64,000 bases of DNA. Origin: Bacteroidota bacterium. Lineage in GTDB: Bacteria > Bacteroidota > Bacteroidia > Flavobacteriales > Schleiferiaceae. The DNA lies in contig QQUU01000038.1 of the NCBI GenBank assembly GCA_003385605.1, positions 18,182 to 82,181 of the forward strand, written 5' to 3'. Numbering within the stretch: position 1 is the stretch's first letter; every line of letters begins with the position of its first letter. Below the pieces are notes generated by a model that saw only the letters and a list, made by a program, of their open reading frames with translations, was not told where the DNA came from and made no database searches. The position numbers were made by a program, and so were the translations under genes. Below are positions 18,133 to 29,489 of the stretch, in pieces.

Positions 18133-18151
18133 CTAAGATAGTATCAAATGA

Positions 18152-20479
18152 TTAAGCATGTGCTGCTGCTGCAGTGGATGCGTTTTCGCCTGCAGCTATT
18201 TCAAACCACTGTCCGTCGATGGCAAATTTGGCTGGAGTGCCACTCACGTTTTCGATGGTCATACCTTCGGCAGTCAGGTTGGCTTTGAGCGTCGCGCCTC
18301 TCCAAAGAATGGAGAAGGTGAGGCCCTTCCATTGTACTGGAAGCTTTGGTGTGAAGTGCAGCTCTTCGTCGCGAATCTTCATGCCTCCGAATCCTTGCAC
18401 TACAGACATCCATGTTCCCGCCATCGAGGTGATGTGCAACCCTTCGTGAACCTCGCGGTTGTAATCGTCGATGTCCAGACGAGAGGTGCGCAGGTACATT
18501 TCGTAGGCCTTCTCTGGGTAATCAATCTGTGCAGCAAGAATGGCATGTACACATGGACTCAACGAGCTCTCGTGAACGGTCTTCGGCTCATAGAAATCGA
18601 AGTTGCGCTTTACTTCTTCTTCCTCGTAGAGGTGATTTAAGAAGTAGTAGCCTTGCAATACGTCCGCTTGCTTGATGAAGATCGAACGCAAGATGCGGTC
18701 CCAGCTCCAGTGCTGGTTGATCGGGCGCTCGTCCAAGCTGAGGTCGTCGGCAGTGAGCTGCTCCTTGTCCAAGAAACCGTCCTGCTGCAATACCACGCCT
18801 AATTTCTCGCTCTTCGGGTAGTACATCTTCGCGATGATATCACTCCACTTCGCGAACTCAGTGTCGGCGTTCAAGGCAGTCTTGCTGGTAATAGCGCTAA
18901 GCGCGTCCGCAGCATTTTCTTTCAGCCAATTGTGGGCTTCCAACGTCCACTCCAGGGTCCACGCCGCCATGCGGTTGGTGTACCAGTTGTTGTTGATGTT
19001 GTTTTCGTACTCGTTCGGCCCAGTTACACCGAGCATTACGTATGCTTCTTTCTCTGCGGACCAATTCACACGCTGAGACCAGAATCGGCTAATACCTAGA
19101 AGGACTTCAAATCCTCCTTCGGCTAGATAGCCCCAATCTTGTGTGTGACGTATGTAATCGAACACGCCATAAGCGATGGCTGCATTGCGGTGGATTTCCT
19201 CGAAAGTGATCTCCCACTCGTTGTGACATTCTTCGCCGTTCATCGTCACCATCGGGTACAATGCTGCGCCGTCGGTAAATCCTAGCTTGCCTGCATTTTC
19301 AATGGCCTTATCCAGCTGCTTGTAACGGTACAAACACAAGTTCTTCGCCACCTCCGGCTGCGCCGTTGCGAGGTAGAAAGGCAAACAGTAGGCTTCGGTA
19401 TCCCAGTAGGTAGAACCGCCGTATTTCTCGCCGGTAAACCCTTTCGGGCCGATGTTCAATCTATCGTCTACACCCGTGAAGGTCTGATTCATATGGAAGA
19501 TGTTGAAACGGATGCCCTGCTGTGCTTCCGCATCGCCGTCAATCTCAATATCAGAGGTTTCCCATTTGTTGTGCCAGGCGGCTACGTGCTCACTGCGCAA
19601 TGCTTCATAGCCTTGTGCCGCCGCCGCAGTAGCGCTCGCTGCTGCCTTAGCGTCCAAGCTTGACGCCTCGTGGTTCATGCTGGATAAAACCGCTGCAACT
19701 TTTTCAAGTTTCAAGGTTTGACCCTGAGCTACGTCATAGCAAGCGCACTCACTAACGAACATGTGCTTTGCATCAGAGCTCATGCCCCATTCTTGCGGCG
19801 CTCCGTCCAATGTGATACTGTTGCGCATGGCCACAGCCACCTCAAATCCGGTCTTTTTGGTCTTGGCGTGTACATAGCTTGCGCCCGCCTCTTGACCTTG
19901 AGTTACAGGCTCCCAAAACTTCTCGTCGTAGTTGCTGTCCTCGTTTTCTACATCGAAATCCAAGTACGAGCACAATTCAATTTTGCCTGAGAAATTCTTC
20001 GGCGTAACGCTGTAGGAAATAGTTCCAATCTCGTCCTGAACGATGCTCACTAAACGCTCGGCTTCAACAGCCACGATCTTACCTGAAGGAAGAGTGGCTT
20101 CGAAAGAGCGCTTGAGCAATCCGCTTTGCATATCTAGCTCGCGGTAGAAAGATGCTACTTCAGTAGCGGTATTAAGGTCCAATTCTTCTCCGTCGACCTT
20201 CACCTGAATGCCGATCCAATTACAAGAATTCAACACTTTGGCGAAGTACTCCGGGTACCCGTTTTTCCACCAACCTACTCTTGTTTTATCCGGGTAATAT
20301 ACCCCAGCAATGTAGGAGCCTTGAAGACTTTCACCGGTGTAGGTCTCTTCAAAATTGGCACGTTGGCCCATGCGGCCGTTACCAATCGAAAATAAACTTT
20401 CGCTCTTAGGATGATTTTCAGAATCCCAACCGCGCTCGATGATCTTCCAAGGGTCTACCTCAGTATATTTATTGAACAT
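18152..20479 (-). CDS. GH65 glycoside hydrolase, maltose phosphorylase-like
   Basis: 775 aa with the GH65 catalytic-region motif LGVTGPNEYEN. Immediately followed by beta-phosphoglucomutase. Confidence 0.9.
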   Translation of the reverse strand: MFNKYTEVDPWKIIERGWDSENHPKSESLFSIGNGRMGQRANFEETYTGESLQGSYIAGVYYPDKTRVGWWKNGYPEYFAKVLNSCNWIGIQVKVDGEELDLNTATEVASFYRELDMQSGLLKRSFEATLPSGKIVAVEAERLVSIVQDEIGTISYSVTPKNFSGKIELCSYLDFDVENEDSNYDEKFWEPVTQGQEAGASYVHAKTKKTGFEVAVAMRNSITLDGAPQEWGMSSDAKHMFVSECACYDVAQGQTLKLEKVAAVLSSMNHEASSLDAKAAASATAAAAQGYEALRSEHVAAWHNKWETSDIEIDGDAEAQQGIRFNIFHMNQTFTGVDDRLNIGPKGFTGEKYGGSTYWDTEAYCLPFYLATAQPEVAKNLCLYRYKQLDKAIENAGKLGFTDGAALYPMVTMNGEECHNEWEITFEEIHRNAAIAYGVFDYIRHTQDWGYLAEGGFEVLLGISRFWSQRVNWSAEKEAYVMLGVTGPNEYENNINNNWYTNRMAAWTLEWTLEAHNWLKENAADALSAITSKTALNADTEFAKWSDIIAKMYYPKSEKLGVVLQQDGFLDKEQLTADDLSLDERPINQHWSWDRILRSIFIKQADVLQGYYFLNHLYEEEEVKRNFDFYEPKTVHESSLSPCVHAILAAQIDYPEKAYEMYLRTSRLDIDDYNREVHEGLHITSMAGTWMSVVQGFGGMKIRDEELHFTPKLPVQWKGLTFSILWRGATLKANLTAEGMTIENVSGTPAKFAIDGQWFEIAAGENASTAAAAHA

Positions 20480-20497
20480 ATGATGTGTGTAAGCTTC

Positions 20498-21142
20498 TTA
20501 AAAGTGAGCTACCAAAGCTTCAGGAGTCGTATCGCCCAATGCGGTGAAGTGGATATCTGCCTGCAAGGTCCCCGCATCGCCGATACCTACGCTTGACATA
20601 CCACCGGTCTTTGCTGCTTGGACCCCAGCGATGGAGTCTTCAAACACGACACATTCTGACGGTTCTAGTCCTAGAGCTTCTGCTCCTTTCAAAAATACCT
20701 CCGGATGAGGTTTGCCGTTTACCACATTATTCCCATCAATTATCGCAGTGAACAATGGAGTGATGCCCAATTTTTCCAAAATCATGGGTGCATTCTTCGA
20801 AGCGCTACCCAACGCGATTTTGATGCCCTGGTCGTAGGCTGTTTGTAAGAAATTAAGTGCCCCTGGTAGTGCATCTTGCGGGCCTAAACCCTGCACTAAT
20901 TCTAGGTACCACTCGTTTTTCTCGACCATCAACGTTTGGAACTCTTCATCGCTCACTGTAGCGCCCGTCCATTCGATAATTTTCTTGAGAGAATCTACTC
21001 GGCTCACGCCTTTGAGTTGCTCGTTTTGTTCTTCAGTAAAGTCGCCGCCCAATTTTTGAGCAAGTCGACGCCATGCTTGAAAATGAAAAACGGCGGTATC
21101 TACAATAACGCCGTCTAGATCAAAAAGGAATCCTTTAATCAT
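20498..21142 (-). CDS. pgmB: Beta-phosphoglucomutase (HAD superfamily)
   Basis: HAD motif I FDLDGVIVDT, LGSASKN and FEDSIAGVQAA, in GH65 context. Confidence 0.9.
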   Translation of the reverse strand: MIKGFLFDLDGVIVDTAVFHFQAWRRLAQKLGGDFTEEQNEQLKGVSRVDSLKKIIEWTGATVSDEEFQTLMVEKNEWYLELVQGLGPQDALPGALNFLQTAYDQGIKIALGSASKNAPMILEKLGITPLFTAIIDGNNVVNGKPHPEVFLKGAEALGLEPSECVVFEDSIAGVQAAKTGGMSSVGIGDAGTLQADIHFTALGDTTPEALVAHF

Positions 21143-21151
21143 GTGATCGGT

Positions 21152-22024
21152 TTAAACTTTATAGGCATCGAGCACTTTCAAGTACTCAAGGTGATACTTA
21201 ATGAGTCCATCTACTGGCTTGCGCATGATCTGTCCAAGACGCATTCCGCGCTCTTCTAGCACCTCTTCAAGAATCTCATGGAAGATGGCACCAACGCTAC
21301 CCACAAAGTGCACAGGTACTTCTTTGCAGTTGTCGAAACACGCGATGTGGATGTCCGCGAATTTTGCGAAACCTTCGCGTACAATCTGCTTCACATATGG
21401 GTTTTCCATGTGTTTTCCAGCAAAGCGGCTGAAAGACGCGAGGTATACGTTCGCATTAGGCTTGTTGTAAACGCTGGTGATGATTTCGTCTTTGTCCAAT
21501 TGGTACGTGTTGAAGAAATCCTCAGCCATCTCGGCAGGCAGCTTTTTGTATAAGAAATCGGACACTAAACGCTTGCCTATGAAGCTCGCTGAACCTTCAT
21601 CACCAAGAATGTATGCCAAGGCCGGCACTTCTTCGCTTACTTCAGCCCCATCAAAGAAACAGCTGTTTGACCCTGTGCCGATGATACAAGTGATTGCAGG
21701 TTCTCCTGTATAGGTCGAGTAGGCGCTCGCTACGAGGTCGTGATCGACATTAACGTGCGCATTAGGCATAACTTGTTTTAAGCCATCTTTAACGATGTCC
21801 TTCAAACTTTCTGAAGAAGCACCCGCACCATAGAAATAAACGAATTCTACTTGGGTATGGATGGTCTTAACCACCTCGTTCTCACTCAACTCCTCGTGAA
21901 TAAAAGAAGCTGAATGAAAATAAGGATTGAACCCCATTGTAGAGAAGCGCTTGTGTTCAGTGCCGTCTGAGTTAAGAACTACCCAGTCGCATTTCGTAGA
22001 ACCACTTTCTGCAATTAATATCAT
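21152..22024 (-). CDS. BadF/BadG/BcrA/BcrD-type ATPase (N-acetylglucosamine-kinase-like sugar kinase; probable glucokinase role)
   Basis: ASKHA phosphate motifs IAESGSTKCDW and CIIGTGSNS. 290 aa. Confidence 0.7.
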   Translation of the reverse strand: MILIAESGSTKCDWVVLNSDGTEHKRFSTMGFNPYFHSASFIHEELSENEVVKTIHTQVEFVYFYGAGASSESLKDIVKDGLKQVMPNAHVNVDHDLVASAYSTYTGEPAITCIIGTGSNSCFFDGAEVSEEVPALAYILGDEGSASFIGKRLVSDFLYKKLPAEMAEDFFNTYQLDKDEIITSVYNKPNANVYLASFSRFAGKHMENPYVKQIVREGFAKFADIHIACFDNCKEVPVHFVGSVGAIFHEILEEVLEERGMRLGQIMRKPVDGLIKYHLEYLKVLDAYKV

Positions 22025-22039
22025 AGCGAGTTATAGTAA

Positions 22040-22064
22040 GTCCCCGCGGCCCAGCCGCGGGGAC
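22040..22064 (-). terminator. GC-rich hairpin downstream of gap (weak or absent U-tract)
   Basis: GTCCCCGCGG/CCGCGGGGAC 10-bp stem. The following sequence is only moderately T-rich. Confidence 0.45.
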
Positions 22065-22075
22065 ATTAAATAGTA

Positions 22076-24060
<1,985 letters not shown>

Positions 24061-24065
24061 GGTCG

Positions 24066-24073
24066 CAAAGATA
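24066..24073 (-). promoter_or_regulatory. Candidate Bacteroidota -7 promoter box (TATCTTTG) for pfkA-gap
   Basis: Matches TAnnTTTG on the minus strand, 5 nt upstream of the pfkA ATG. This would imply a very short or absent leader. Confidence 0.3.
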
Positions 24074-24078
24074 GTAAC

Positions 24079-24099
24079 TAAGTGTAAATAATACACTTA
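24079..24099. promoter_or_regulatory. Perfect-arm 21-bp palindrome TAAGTGTA-AATAA-TACACTTA (candidate operator)
   Basis: 8-bp perfect inverted arms with a 5-bp spacer, in the divergent pfkA / Nudix-regulator intergenic region. The same half-site recurs upstream of susC. Confidence 0.5.
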
Positions 24100-24158
24100 T
24101 TAAATAATTACTGCTTATCTTCAAGGACCCCAAATTTAACAACATACTTAAACCGACC

Positions 24159-24863
24159 ATGAGTGAATTGAAGGATATTAATCCAAATATCAGCGTTGAC
24201 TGCGTAATATTTGGGTTCGATGGCGAGCGTCTCAATGTTCTCCTTATCGAAGAAAAAGATATCGGCCAGGGCATACTTAGAAAGCGTCTTCCGGGGGATT
24301 TGATTCACCGTGGAGAAGGGCTTGACGAAAGTGCAGACCGCGTATTGTGGGAGCTGGCAAGTCTCAAGAATGTTCACCTACAACAATTTCACACCTTCGG
24401 CGATCCACTTCGCGTCAATGCTGAAAAGGATAGAAAGTGGTTGGAATTGTACCGCTCTAATCCAAAAGAAAGGGTAATTACCGTGGCCTATTACGCCTTG
24501 GTTAAAATGGCCGATTTTGTCCCAAATCCGTCGAGCTTTGCGGGCGAGGCATTATGGGTCGATATTCGAGAGATTCCTGAATTGGCCTTTGATCACAATT
24601 GTATAGTTGATGTTGCCTTGACCAAGCTTCAGAGTCATTTTGAACTAAATAAAACGGCTTACGAGTTGCTTCCGCCGAGGTTCACGTTAAACCAATTGCA
24701 GCAGTTGCACGAAGCCATTACGCAGGAAGAACTGGACAAGCGGAATTTCCGTAAAAAGATCGTCCGTGAAAAGATGATTGAAGCCACGGAAGAAAAACAA
24801 AAAGGGGTGCTTCACAAGCCGGCCCGATTGTACCGCATTAAATCAGAAGATAGCCTCGCTTAA
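24159..24863 (+). CDS. Nudix-domain transcriptional regulator (NrtR/AraR-like: degenerate Nudix plus C-terminal winged helix)
   Basis: 234 aa. The Nudix box region GDLIHRGEGLDESADRVLWELASL lacks the REUxEE glutamates. A C-terminal ~90-aa basic domain follows. Located next to the PUL. Confidence 0.7.
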   Translation: MSELKDINPNISVDCVIFGFDGERLNVLLIEEKDIGQGILRKRLPGDLIHRGEGLDESADRVLWELASLKNVHLQQFHTFGDPLRVNAEKDRKWLELYRSNPKERVITVAYYALVKMADFVPNPSSFAGEALWVDIREIPELAFDHNCIVDVALTKLQSHFELNKTAYELLPPRFTLNQLQQLHEAITQEELDKRNFRKKIVREKMIEATEEKQKGVLHKPARLYRIKSEDSLA

Positions 24864-24893
24864 CGCAATAAGCACCTCGTTCGGTTAAAAAAT

Positions 24894-24921
24894 GGGCGGA
24901 TTCAGTTAATACCGCCTTTTT
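24894..24921 (+). terminator. Weak terminator-like hairpin after the Nudix regulator gene
   Basis: GGCGG/CCGCC 5-bp stem, 12-nt loop, followed by TTTTT. Confidence 0.35.
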
Positions 24922-24936
24922 ACACGCTTCGAAGAA

Positions 24937-24975
24937 TTAAGTGTATTCTTTACATTTGAAGAGTACAACACTTAA
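24937..24975. promoter_or_regulatory. Inverted repeat TTAAGTGT-N23-ACACTTAA bracketing a -7 box (TACATTTG, 24951-24958) upstream of susC
   Basis: 8-bp perfect arms with the same TAAGTGT half-site as the 24079-24099 palindrome. The TAnnTTTG match lies between the arms, 27 nt before the susC ATG. Confidence 0.45.
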
Positions 24976-24984
24976 CACCAAAAC

Positions 24985-27900
24985 ATGAAGCGATTCTCAC
25001 GTTTTCTCGTGGCTCTTTCACTCTTAATAGGCGGCGCAGTTCATGCCCAGTCTGTTTCGGGGACGGTGGTAGATGAGTTCAATGAACCTTTACCGTCTGT
25101 AGCCATTTCAGTTGATAAAGGTGGAGCAACCTCTACCAATTTCAACGGTCAATATTCCCTTTCATTAAAGCCAGGGAAGTATGCCATTACTTATTCATTC
25201 ATTGGTTACGAACCGGTGGTGAAGGAAGTAGATATTAAAGGCAAGCAAATCATCAATGTAACTATGAAGCCTGCAAGCAACCAGCTCGACGAGGTTGTGG
25301 TTGTAGGTTACGGTGTGGCTCGTAAGCGTGATCTCACTGGATCTGTAGTCTCGCTGAAGACCAAAGAGCTTACCGACATTCCAACACCTTCTTTTGAAAA
25401 TGCCATTCAAGGAAAGGCTGCCGGGGTTCAAGTAATTACGGGTTCAGGTATCGCGGGCTCAGGCTCTATGGTGCGTGTTCGTGGTGTGGCCTCTATTTCA
25501 GCAGGTGGTGATCCACTTTATGTGGTAGACGGTATCCCAATTACACAGGATTATTTCTTGAACGGTAACCGTGGTGGTTTTAACACCAACCCATTGGCAA
25601 CGATTAACCCGAACGATATCGAATCTGTAGAGATCTTGAAAGATGCAGCAGCAACAGGTATCTACGGTTCGCGTGGTTCTAACGGGGTTGTGTTGATTAC
25701 CACAAAAAGAGGGAAGAGCAAGAAGTTGGCTTACAACTTCTCATCTCGCGTTGGTTTCTCGAACCCAACGGCATTGCCGAACATGATGAACAAGGACGAG
25801 TACCTTCAGATGTACGAAGAGGCTTGGGTAAACGACGGCAACGTTGGTGTGCCGGAACTACCAGGTAACCGCATGAGCTGGGCAGAAGCACAAGCTGCTG
25901 AAGGAACAGATTGGGTACAGGAAACCATCCGCCAAGGGATTAAGCACGGATATGACTTCTCTGCTTCTCGCGGCTTCAAGGGTGGAAACTTCTACGCCGG
26001 TCTTTCGTACAACGACAACCACAGCTATTTGGCGGGTAACTCTTACGAGCGTCTGTCGGGACGTATCAATGCAGATTTCGACATTACCAAACGATTCAAA
26101 TTAGGATTGAGCACGTCGCTTTCTCGCGGGGTGAACAACCGTATCGATGCCGCCTGGTCAGGTGGTTTTGGTGAGGCAATGTCTCGTGCACTTCCTATTT
26201 ATCCTATTTACTACGCAGAAGACGAGTACGACGACGACGGCAACCTCGTTGCTTCGGCTGGTGATTACTGGTTGAAAGGCGGTATTAGCCTCAACCCGGT
26301 AGCGCAGCGCGACATGAAAGATTGGACGGCTATCGAAGACCGCTCGATCAATAACATTACACTGAACTACAAGTTGAACGACAACTGGACCTTCCGCGGT
26401 CAAGGGGCGTTCGATTATATGCACTTCGAAGATCACATTTGGGAGAAGCCTGGTTACGATCCTACCTATAAGGATGCGGACGGCAACTTCTTGGGTCGTG
26501 CAAACATGTATCCGTACAGCGTGTACAACACTTCAGGTAACGCTACAGCGAACTACATCAAAGATTTGGGCGAAGACCACCACATCAACTGGTTGATTGG
26601 ATCGGAGTACCAATACAATAGAATTAAGCGTTGGGATGGCTACTACGACAGCGAGGCTGTTGGTCAGATCCGCGAGACAGGTCAATGGGTAAATGATCCA
26701 TTGAGCTACATTGAAGAATATGCATTTGCTTCTGCCTTTACTCGTTTGAATTACAACTTCAAAGGCAAATACTACGCAGAGGCGTTGATTCGTCGCGACG
26801 GTTCTTCGAAGTTTGGTCCTAACAACAAGTACGGAAACTTCCCTGCAGCTTCGGTAGCATGGGTACTTTCTGACGAAGACTTCATGGCCAATCTACCTGC
26901 AGTGAACTTCTTGAAGTTGAAGACTTCGGTAGGTAAGAACGGTAACTCTGCTATTCCATCGTACCAGTGGTTCGGTTACTACAACGTAGCCAACAACGGT
27001 TACGGCGGTCAGACCTACCGTTACCCTGTGATTCGCGAAAATGCAGATTTGCGTTGGGAGACTTCTACGACCTATGATGTAGGTCTTGAGTACGGATTGT
27101 TCAACGACCGCATTTCAGGTGAGTTGGCTTGGTACCGCAAGCAAACAAACGATATGCTTCTGAACGTGACGCTTCAAGGTTCTACAGGATTCGGTTCTTG
27201 GTGGGACAACGTAGGTAGCGTTTACAACACAGGTGTTGAATTTGCCATCAAATCAAGAAACATCGTCACAGACAACTTCACGTGGACCACAGACTTCAAC
27301 ATTGCACGTAACTACAACCAGATTACTTCTATCGGAGAGTACTCGCCAGATGCAGTAAGTGGTGGTACGAACGATACTCGTGTTGTTGTGGGAATGCCAA
27401 TTGGTACCAACTACCTCGTTCAATTCTCGCACGTAGATCCGGCCAACGGTCTACCGGTTTACCTCGATAAAGAGGGCAACGAAACGTACACTTGGGATCT
27501 TCAGAATCGTGTAGCAGTAGGTAATGTAATGCCAGATGCTATTGGTGGTTTGACCAATACATTTAACTACAAAAACTGGGAGTTTGGCTTCATGTGGGTA
27601 TTCACGATTGGTGGAGACATCTACGACAGCTCTTCGAAGCGCCAGATGGGTGTGGTGACCGATTGGAACATGCGTACAGATTTGTTCGACCGCTGGCAGC
27701 AGCCGGGTGATATTGCAACTTACCCGCGTCTCAGCCGCGACTACCGTACCTACGGTTCAAACACAGAGTGGATCAACACCAACCTATGGTTACACGACGG
27801 GACATACGCTCGTCTACGTAACGTGAAGTTGAGCTACCGTGTACCGCAAGAAAAATTGACCAAGAACGTAAAAGGTATGACCGTAAACATTACCGGTACG

Positions 27901-28053
27901 AACCTTATTACCCTCACAAATTTCATCGGTTTGGATCCAGAGATTGCTCGTGACTTCGAGAACGCTACCGACCGTAATATGTCGCCGAACATTACGTACC
28001 TCACGCCACCGCAGGAGAAGACGTACAACATCGGCGTAAACATTAACTTTTAA
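24985..28053 (+). CDS. susC: SusC/RagA family TonB-dependent outer-membrane transporter
   Basis: 1022 aa with a carboxypeptidase-regulatory-like N-domain, DEVVVVGYG, the plug motif IESVEILKDAAATGIYGSRGSNGVVLITTKRG, and a terminal aromatic residue (NINF). Confidence 0.95.
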   Translation: MKRFSRFLVALSLLIGGAVHAQSVSGTVVDEFNEPLPSVAISVDKGGATSTNFNGQYSLSLKPGKYAITYSFIGYEPVVKEVDIKGKQIINVTMKPASNQLDEVVVVGYGVARKRDLTGSVVSLKTKELTDIPTPSFENAIQGKAAGVQVITGSGIAGSGSMVRVRGVASISAGGDPLYVVDGIPITQDYFLNGNRGGFNTNPLATINPNDIESVEILKDAAATGIYGSRGSNGVVLITTKRGKSKKLAYNFSSRVGFSNPTALPNMMNKDEYLQMYEEAWVNDGNVGVPELPGNRMSWAEAQAAEGTDWVQETIRQGIKHGYDFSASRGFKGGNFYAGLSYNDNHSYLAGNSYERLSGRINADFDITKRFKLGLSTSLSRGVNNRIDAAWSGGFGEAMSRALPIYPIYYAEDEYDDDGNLVASAGDYWLKGGISLNPVAQRDMKDWTAIEDRSINNITLNYKLNDNWTFRGQGAFDYMHFEDHIWEKPGYDPTYKDADGNFLGRANMYPYSVYNTSGNATANYIKDLGEDHHINWLIGSEYQYNRIKRWDGYYDSEAVGQIRETGQWVNDPLSYIEEYAFASAFTRLNYNFKGKYYAEALIRRDGSSKFGPNNKYGNFPAASVAWVLSDEDFMANLPAVNFLKLKTSVGKNGNSAIPSYQWFGYYNVANNGYGGQTYRYPVIRENADLRWETSTTYDVGLEYGLFNDRISGELAWYRKQTNDMLLNVTLQGSTGFGSWWDNVGSVYNTGVEFAIKSRNIVTDNFTWTTDFNIARNYNQITSIGEYSPDAVSGGTNDTRVVVGMPIGTNYLVQFSHVDPANGLPVYLDKEGNETYTWDLQNRVAVGNVMPDAIGGLTNTFNYKNWEFGFMWVFTIGGDIYDSSSKRQMGVVTDWNMRTDLFDRWQQPGDIATYPRLSRDYRTYGSNTEWINTNLWLHDGTYARLRNVKLSYRVPQEKLTKNVKGMTVNITGTNLITLTNFIGLDPEIARDFENATDRNMSPNITYLTPPQEKTYNIGVNINF

Positions 28054-28065
28054 TCCTTAGCAATC

Positions 28066-29475
28066 ATGAAAAAGATAGTAGCACTTTTAGCACTTGTAGC
28101 GATTGTAGTAGGAAACTCATCGTGTGAACGTATCCTGGATTTCAAAGCGGATACCACGTCTCAGATTCCAGCAGATTCAGCCATCGTAACCATCGAGGAT
28201 GCGGAGCAGCTGTTGGTTAGTGTCTATGATGTTGCGGCAAACGCCTTCAATGGCCGTTTCCAAAACATCCCTGAGGTAATGTCGGACAACCTTGCAGACC
28301 CGTTAGGTTTAAATGGCGAATATGCACAGATCTACCGTTGGACATCTTCGTTTTTTAACGGATCGTTTGGTGGTGAATACCGCGATGCATACATCGCAAT
28401 CTACCGCGCCAACACCTTGTTGGAAGAGGTTGCTGACCTAGAAGGTGCAACCGCAGAAAGCATTGAAAGAATTTCTGCTGAAGCAAAATTCATTCGTGCC
28501 CTATGTCATTACCACGTGGTTCGTATCTGGGCTTTGCCTTACGGTTACACCTCAGACAACAGTCACCTCGGTATTCCATTAAAGTTGAGCGCCGATCAGA
28601 CGCCGCAGATGCGTGCAACAGTAGCTGATGTTTATGCAGCAATTGTTTCAGATCTATTGGACGCTGAGGCAGATCTACCTGCAGACAACGGGATCTTTGC
28701 CGACCAAATGGCAGCTAAAGGCCTCTTGGCTAAGGTGTATTTGGAAATGGGCGATTTCGCCAATGCTAAAGCGAAAGCTGCTGAGGTAATTGGTTCGGGC
28801 TCTTTCAGCTTGGAGCAAGATTTAACGAAGCGATTCAACGACCATCCAAACACAAGTTTGCCGGCAGAATTCATCTTCACCTTGGTGAGCACGAATGAAG
28901 TAGTTGGCGGTGATACCTTGGTGGACGAGCGCGGTTCAGGTTATGTTTGGAACTACCGTTCTGACGACCCAAATGCCAACCCTGCACTCAAAGCATCTGC
29001 GGATTTATATGTTGCAGCGACAAGCGACACCAACGATCTACGCGGTCAAACGTGGTACGATATCCGCAACGCAGGTTCAGCTGACGAGTTGTACATGATC
29101 AGCAAGTTTGACGCAAGCTTTATCGATGTACCACTCATTCATTTGACAGAGATGTATTTGATCTATGCAGAATGTAACGTTCGTTTGAACGGCGATGCTG
29201 ATGGTACAGGATTAGGCTACATCAACGACCTAAGAACACGAGCAAACGTTGCTTCCTTGAGTTCACTCTCGGTAAGCGATGTAATGAATGAGCGTAGGTT
29301 AGAGATGGCTTGTGAAGGCGACCGTCTCTTCCAGCTTAAGCGTCAAGGGGTGCTCGGCGAAATTCAGAAGATTAGAGGAGTCGATTGGGATTGCCCAGGA
29401 ATGGTACTCCAATTCCCTAACTTTGAAGGAACCGCCCAAGGATTTATTTATAACGAAGAAGGAGGCTGCGAATAA
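28066..29475 (+). CDS. susD: SusD/RagB family nutrient-binding outer-membrane lipoprotein
   Basis: Lipobox GNSSC, 469 aa, TPR-like helical content, directly downstream of susC. Confidence 0.9.
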   Translation: MKKIVALLALVAIVVGNSSCERILDFKADTTSQIPADSAIVTIEDAEQLLVSVYDVAANAFNGRFQNIPEVMSDNLADPLGLNGEYAQIYRWTSSFFNGSFGGEYRDAYIAIYRANTLLEEVADLEGATAESIERISAEAKFIRALCHYHVVRIWALPYGYTSDNSHLGIPLKLSADQTPQMRATVADVYAAIVSDLLDAEADLPADNGIFADQMAAKGLLAKVYLEMGDFANAKAKAAEVIGSGSFSLEQDLTKRFNDHPNTSLPAEFIFTLVSTNEVVGGDTLVDERGSGYVWNYRSDDPNANPALKASADLYVAATSDTNDLRGQTWYDIRNAGSADELYMISKFDASFIDVPLIHLTEMYLIYAECNVRLNGDADGTGLGYINDLRTRANVASLSSLSVSDVMNERRLEMACEGDRLFQLKRQGVLGEIQKIRGVDWDCPGMVLQFPNFEGTAQGFIYNEEGGCE

Positions 29476-29489
29476 AGCAGTTTAGCGAT

